From: an uncultured Armatimonadetes bacterium
GTDB lineage: Bacteria > Armatimonadota > Hebobacteria > Hebobacterales > Hebobacteraceae
Length of the DNA: 64,000 bases
Direction of reading: 5' to 3'
NCBI GenBank assembly: GCA_963716175.1
Contig: OY970296.1
Location: 2,528,001-2,592,000, forward strand
Both the position numbers and the translations under genes were made by a program. The notes under the pieces are model-generated. The model did no database searches. It was not told the DNA's origin and worked only from the letters and a program-made list of their open reading frames with translations. This document shows positions 60,388-64,000 of this stretch, piece after piece. Numbering within the stretch: the stretch's first letter is position 1; each line of letters begins with the position of its first letter.

Positions 60388-60412
60388 GGCGGGCATGTCT
60401 CGCATGCCCGCC
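60383..60412 (+). repeat. GTAG-type REP element overlapping a stop codon
   Basis: tgtagggcgggcatgtctcgcatgcccgcc. Confidence 0.75.
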
Positions 60413-60417
60413 GGCCG

Positions 60418-63261
60418 TCACATCGCCGGCGTCAGCTCATACCAGACCGTATTGCTGTCTCCGATCGCCAGCGCCTCCCCGCCCTCGTGTGCCGTCGGGC
60501 TCATCTCCTGGAGACGCTGGCCCGAGGGCGCAAGCGGGAAGGCCTTGAGCTTGCGGCCGTGCCAGATTACCCTCCCCCGCACCGGCTCGGCCAGCACAGG
60601 TCTCTTGCCGGCGGTGGCGGCAAAGTCGTCTGCCGGGCTCGCCTCCCAGCTCTGCCCAGTGTCCTCCGCCCGGCCTACGGCGGTGAGCAAGATGCGAGAT
60701 GATTCCTTCAGGGGCCGGCCATCCAGCGAGCAAAGGCTGACCGCGGCGAAGGGTGCCTGCGGTTTTCCCTCAGCAGCATCGAGTTCGATAGTGAAGTCGG
60801 CGAGCTGAAACGTCCTGCCGGCCAGAAAGCCGATCGCCCCCTGGAGCTGCGGCGTGTTGACGGTGAGGGTGCCGTTCTCGGTGTCCCACGACAGTTGCCC
60901 GGTGTCGCTTAGCAGCGTGGTTGCTCCCGGTTCCGGTAGGTCGGCTAGCTTCAGCTCGCGCATTCTCTCTCGCACCAGCCGCCAGATCAGATCGGCATCG
61001 GCTTTGGCCCCTGCTATCGGGTCCTCGACGGTGATCACATCGGGGTTGTCCTGATCGCCGGGGCTCTTCGCCGCGGCGGTCTGAAGCACTAGGTCGGCCT
61101 CATGCGCACCTGCCTCCTGGTACCGGCTGCGCACCTGACACAACAATGGCAGAACCGCAAAGGGCGAGTTCCCCCGAAGCTCATTCCAGCTCAACTGCCA
61201 GATCCAGTTGGGTTCAGCTAGCACCTCCGCATCTGACAGCCGCACATCAACCCTGGTCTTGCCAGGGGAGATGTAGCTGTTGCGGAAGGCCAGGGAGGCG
61301 GCGCCGAACTGGGCCAGCAACACAGGGTTGTCCCGCATCGAGAACATGGGTGTGGTCCCGAGGAATTCCCTGTAGCCGCCGGGCTGGTCCCCGCTGTCGG
61401 CGTAATCCCACCAGAGGACGGCATCCCAGTCTTGGAGGGAAGCATAGGCCGCGGTCAGCAGCAGTCCTTCTCCTCTGTAGCTGGTGTCACAGTAGTTGAC
61501 CTCGGTGATGGCGAAGGGCTTGCCCGATTCCGCCGCGGCCGCCATGGGCAGGATAATGCCCCCCCGCTCCTTGAGCATGGGCCGGTTCCGGATCCAGCGC
61601 CAGTCCCTGTGAGGATGATCCCAGTAGATGTTGAACTCCACATGATCTCCCACCAGGGCCTGCAACCGCCCGTGCGCCGTACTAGCGATCATGTTGGTGC
61701 CGGCGATGGGCGTCTTGACACCGATGCTGCGCAGGTAAGTCTTCATGCGCTCCAGATAGCTGGCCTCGGTCTCAGCGAGGAAGCGTAGCCAGGCTCCGCC
61801 CGGGTGCCCTGCCCGCCACTCCTGATATCGCGCCTCCAGCGCCTGGCGGCTGGTCTCCGTCATCCGGCGAGGTGCAAAGAAGATGGTGTTCTCGTTCACG
61901 ATCCCGATGAACGCGAGCGCCGGATCATCCACGTAGCGGAGCTTGGTGTACGGGTTCTGGTGCAGCAGCAGCTTGTCGGCGAACTCCCTGTGCAGCTCCT
62001 CGATCCGCGGCTGGAAGTACATGGCAGGGCCGCCGCAGTACGGCTGTTCCTCCCCCTCCATCAGAGGCACATCCACCCCATCCCCAGGCTTGAATCTCCG
62101 GTAGTGCATCAGGTCCAGCCGGATGTAGATGCCATGCTTTTCCAGGCAGGAGATGAAGTAGTCCATCCGGTCCACCATGGCCGGGTCGAACTGCCGCGTG
62201 TCGTTGCCTTCGGCGATGAGGCCCTCGGGGGCGACTGAGTCCAGTGTGAAGCGGACCATGTTCACTCCCAACTGGGCCATCCGCCGCGCAATCAACGGGG
62301 CGTGATCCTTCTCCGGGAGACTGGTTGCGCCGTCCAGATTCACGCCCCAGAACTTCACTGGCGTACCATCCGCGAAGACGAAATGCTCACCGTCCGCCTG
62401 CAGGAACCCATGCTTCCCGGCCGGCTTGTCCAGCGAGGCCGAGAAATCCACTGCTCCCTGGAACCCGCCCTCGCCAGCTTCAGGCACATCCGGGGGCAGA
62501 TCGAAGGGGAACCACCCGCTGCTGTCCGTCTGGGATCGGATCGTGGGCTGAAAGATCACCTTCTTCATCTCCTCTGACTCCACTCTGAGAGATTGTCTCA
62601 ACACGGTGCCAGCCGGTAAGGCTCTGGCTTGGTCGCTGTGGAACAAGTGAAAGCTTAACGCAAACGACGGGTCTCCCCACTCCCGGTTGTCCTGCAGCTC
62701 GATCTCCGCTTCCTGGGCGAGGGAGAAGGTGAGCTCGCCCGCCCGTAAGGATACTACGACCCGCTTCCCGCGGCCGTAGTATGGGTTCGGATTGCCGGCG
62801 TAGGTTCGGCCCGGGAGCGACAGCGTCTTGTCCTGGAACACCACCTCGCGCCCGGCGAAGCGCCGAGCCGGCATCTGGAAGCGGACGAAGACCGCGTTCA
62901 GCCTCAGCTCCCGCTCCGCCCGGAACTCGTAGCTCAACTCCACCCCATTCTGCAGGGCCCTGGCCACCAGGGTGTAGTCCAGGCTTCCGGGCTGCTCCTC
63001 CGGGCGTAGGCTGCCGGCGTACTGCCAGACATCGGCGGAGACCTGCTTCGGGAATCCCTCCTGAGTCTGCTCCTCGAAGCCGCTCCAGTTCGGCCCGTAG
63101 AGCCCAGGATCAACCTGGCCTAAGCTCCCTCGGTCAGCCAGCATCAGTACCATCTTGCCCCCATCTCCCAACCAGGCTGAGAGATCCTGAGCGCGTGCCG
63201 TGCCGCTCACCGCGAGCACCAGTGTCAGGCAAACCGACGCCATCCCTGCCAGTCTGAGCAT
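60418..63261 (-). CDS. Secreted clan GH-A glycoside hydrolase (GH5-like)
   Basis: Signal peptide; PAGKHGF...FWGVN, GVNMVRF, HQNPYT...DDPALA...VNEN, AITEVN. Confidence 0.8.
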   Translation of the reverse strand: MLRLAGMASVCLTLVLAVSGTARAQDLSAWLGDGGKMVLMLADRGSLGQVDPGLYGPNWSGFEEQTQEGFPKQVSADVWQYAGSLRPEEQPGSLDYTLVARALQNGVELSYEFRAERELRLNAVFVRFQMPARRFAGREVVFQDKTLSLPGRTYAGNPNPYYGRGKRVVVSLRAGELTFSLAQEAEIELQDNREWGDPSFALSFHLFHSDQARALPAGTVLRQSLRVESEEMKKVIFQPTIRSQTDSSGWFPFDLPPDVPEAGEGGFQGAVDFSASLDKPAGKHGFLQADGEHFVFADGTPVKFWGVNLDGATSLPEKDHAPLIARRMAQLGVNMVRFTLDSVAPEGLIAEGNDTRQFDPAMVDRMDYFISCLEKHGIYIRLDLMHYRRFKPGDGVDVPLMEGEEQPYCGGPAMYFQPRIEELHREFADKLLLHQNPYTKLRYVDDPALAFIGIVNENTIFFAPRRMTETSRQALEARYQEWRAGHPGGAWLRFLAETEASYLERMKTYLRSIGVKTPIAGTNMIASTAHGRLQALVGDHVEFNIYWDHPHRDWRWIRNRPMLKERGGIILPMAAAAESGKPFAITEVNYCDTSYRGEGLLLTAAYASLQDWDAVLWWDYADSGDQPGGYREFLGTTPMFSMRDNPVLLAQFGAASLAFRNSYISPGKTRVDVRLSDAEVLAEPNWIWQLSWNELRGNSPFAVLPLLCQVRSRYQEAGAHEADLVLQTAAAKSPGDQDNPDVITVEDPIAGAKADADLIWRLVRERMRELKLADLPEPGATTLLSDTGQLSWDTENGTLTVNTPQLQGAIGFLAGRTFQLADFTIELDAAEGKPQAPFAAVSLCSLDGRPLKESSRILLTAVGRAEDTGQSWEASPADDFAATAGKRPVLAEPVRGRVIWHGRKLKAFPLAPSGQRLQEMSPTAHEGGEALAIGDSNTVWYELTPAM

Positions 63262-63470
63262 ACTAGGACCTCCCTATGTCACACCTGCGGACCCGTTCAC
63301 GGCCTACTGCTTCGCCGGGTACCGCCTGCTTCCTCCGGACCGGAGGGCCTCTCGTCTGGTCGCCTCTGGCGACCCGCAGCCTGCAGACCGATGGCAGTCT
63401 CTCCTCCGGGGGAAGGTCCGCCCATTGCTCCAGGAGAAGACAGACGCCGCGCGGCAGGAGGCGAGATCCT

Positions 63471-64000
63471 ATGATCGTGGACGTCCACACTCATCTCGTG
63501 GATCTGGAGACTGACTGTCGCCCCCAGGTGCTGGACGACATGCGCCGCTGCGGCATTGACCCGGCGCAATGGAGGTTCGCTGCGGAGGATCACCTGCGGG
63601 CCACCGCCGCGGCCGACGCCGCCGTCGTCTTCGGGCTCCAGGCGGCGAAGACGGGTTGGCAGGTCCCGAACGACCGGGTGGCCGCGCATGTGGGCCGGAC
63701 TCCCCACCGCCTGATCTTTTTCGCCTCCATTGATCCGGGACAGGAGGGCTTCCTGGCCGAGCTGGAGCGCTGCCATCAGCAGCTCGGCTGCCAGGGAGTC
63801 AAGCTTGCGCCCATCTACCAGGGAGTCCATCCTCTTGACAGGCGCTGCCGCGAGATCTACGGCTACTGCCAGCGCCATCGCCTGCCCGTCATCGCGCATA
63901 TGGCCACCACTTTCAGCAGCGGCGTGCCGCTGGACTATGCCCGCCCCGCCCACATGGATCAGGTGGCCTGTGAGTTCCCTGACCTGAGAATCGTGCTGGC
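63471..64000 (+). CDS. Amidohydrolase family protein (3' truncated by window edge; absent from the ORF track)
   Basis: RBS aggagg; MIVDVHTHL...LIFFASIDP...GVKLAPIYQG...IAHMATTF. Confidence 0.85.
   Translation, partial: MIVDVHTHLVDLETDCRPQVLDDMRRCGIDPAQWRFAAEDHLRATAAADAAVVFGLQAAKTGWQVPNDRVAAHVGRTPHRLIFFASIDPGQEGFLAELERCHQQLGCQGVKLAPIYQGVHPLDRRCREIYGYCQRHRLPVIAHMATTFSSGVPLDYARPAHMDQVACEFPDLRIVL

Noticed and set aside
1-64000. Many long antisense or alternative-frame ORFs (e.g. 33317-34885, 46886-48643, 49724-52201, 55065-56861, 58039-59943)
   Set aside because: Shadows of well-supported genes in high-GC DNA; no recognisable motifs

Overview
High-GC bacterial window from an anaerobe. The DUF1559/H-X9-DG prepilin-like genes, the DUF6785-like membrane protein and the many secreted glycoside hydrolases suggest an Armatimonadota/PVC-like lineage (inference only). 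Four blocks. (1) 1-14.9 kb: a respiratory cytochrome island with System II c-type maturation genes, a 7-heme cytochrome, a CbcL-like 9-heme/cytochrome b protein, a 28-heme NapC-anchored cytochrome and a Rieske/cytochrome b complex whose b subunit carries 13 c-hemes. Both large cytochromes are built from the same tandem diheme repeat. Ahb heme synthesis genes and an Rrf2-NifS-TusA-YeeE sulfur module follow. (2) 15-26 kb: glycoside hydrolases, a duplicated promoter-leader-DUF1559-hairpin unit and an AraC regulator. (3) 26.2-49.6 kb: a Wood-Ljungdahl cluster complete except for formate dehydrogenase. Its CooS is preceded by CooF and a HydCBA/Bfu-type diaphorase with electron-bifurcation signatures, and a structured 5' leader sits at the head of the operon. 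(4) 50-64 kb: aminotransferase/enolase/formyltransferase, amidohydrolases, CstA and secreted glycoside hydrolases. Several REP/MITE-like dispersed repeat families are present. Numerous single-base frameshifts, concentrated in acsB, are most likely consensus errors. No rRNA, tRNA, CRISPR array or transposase was recognised.
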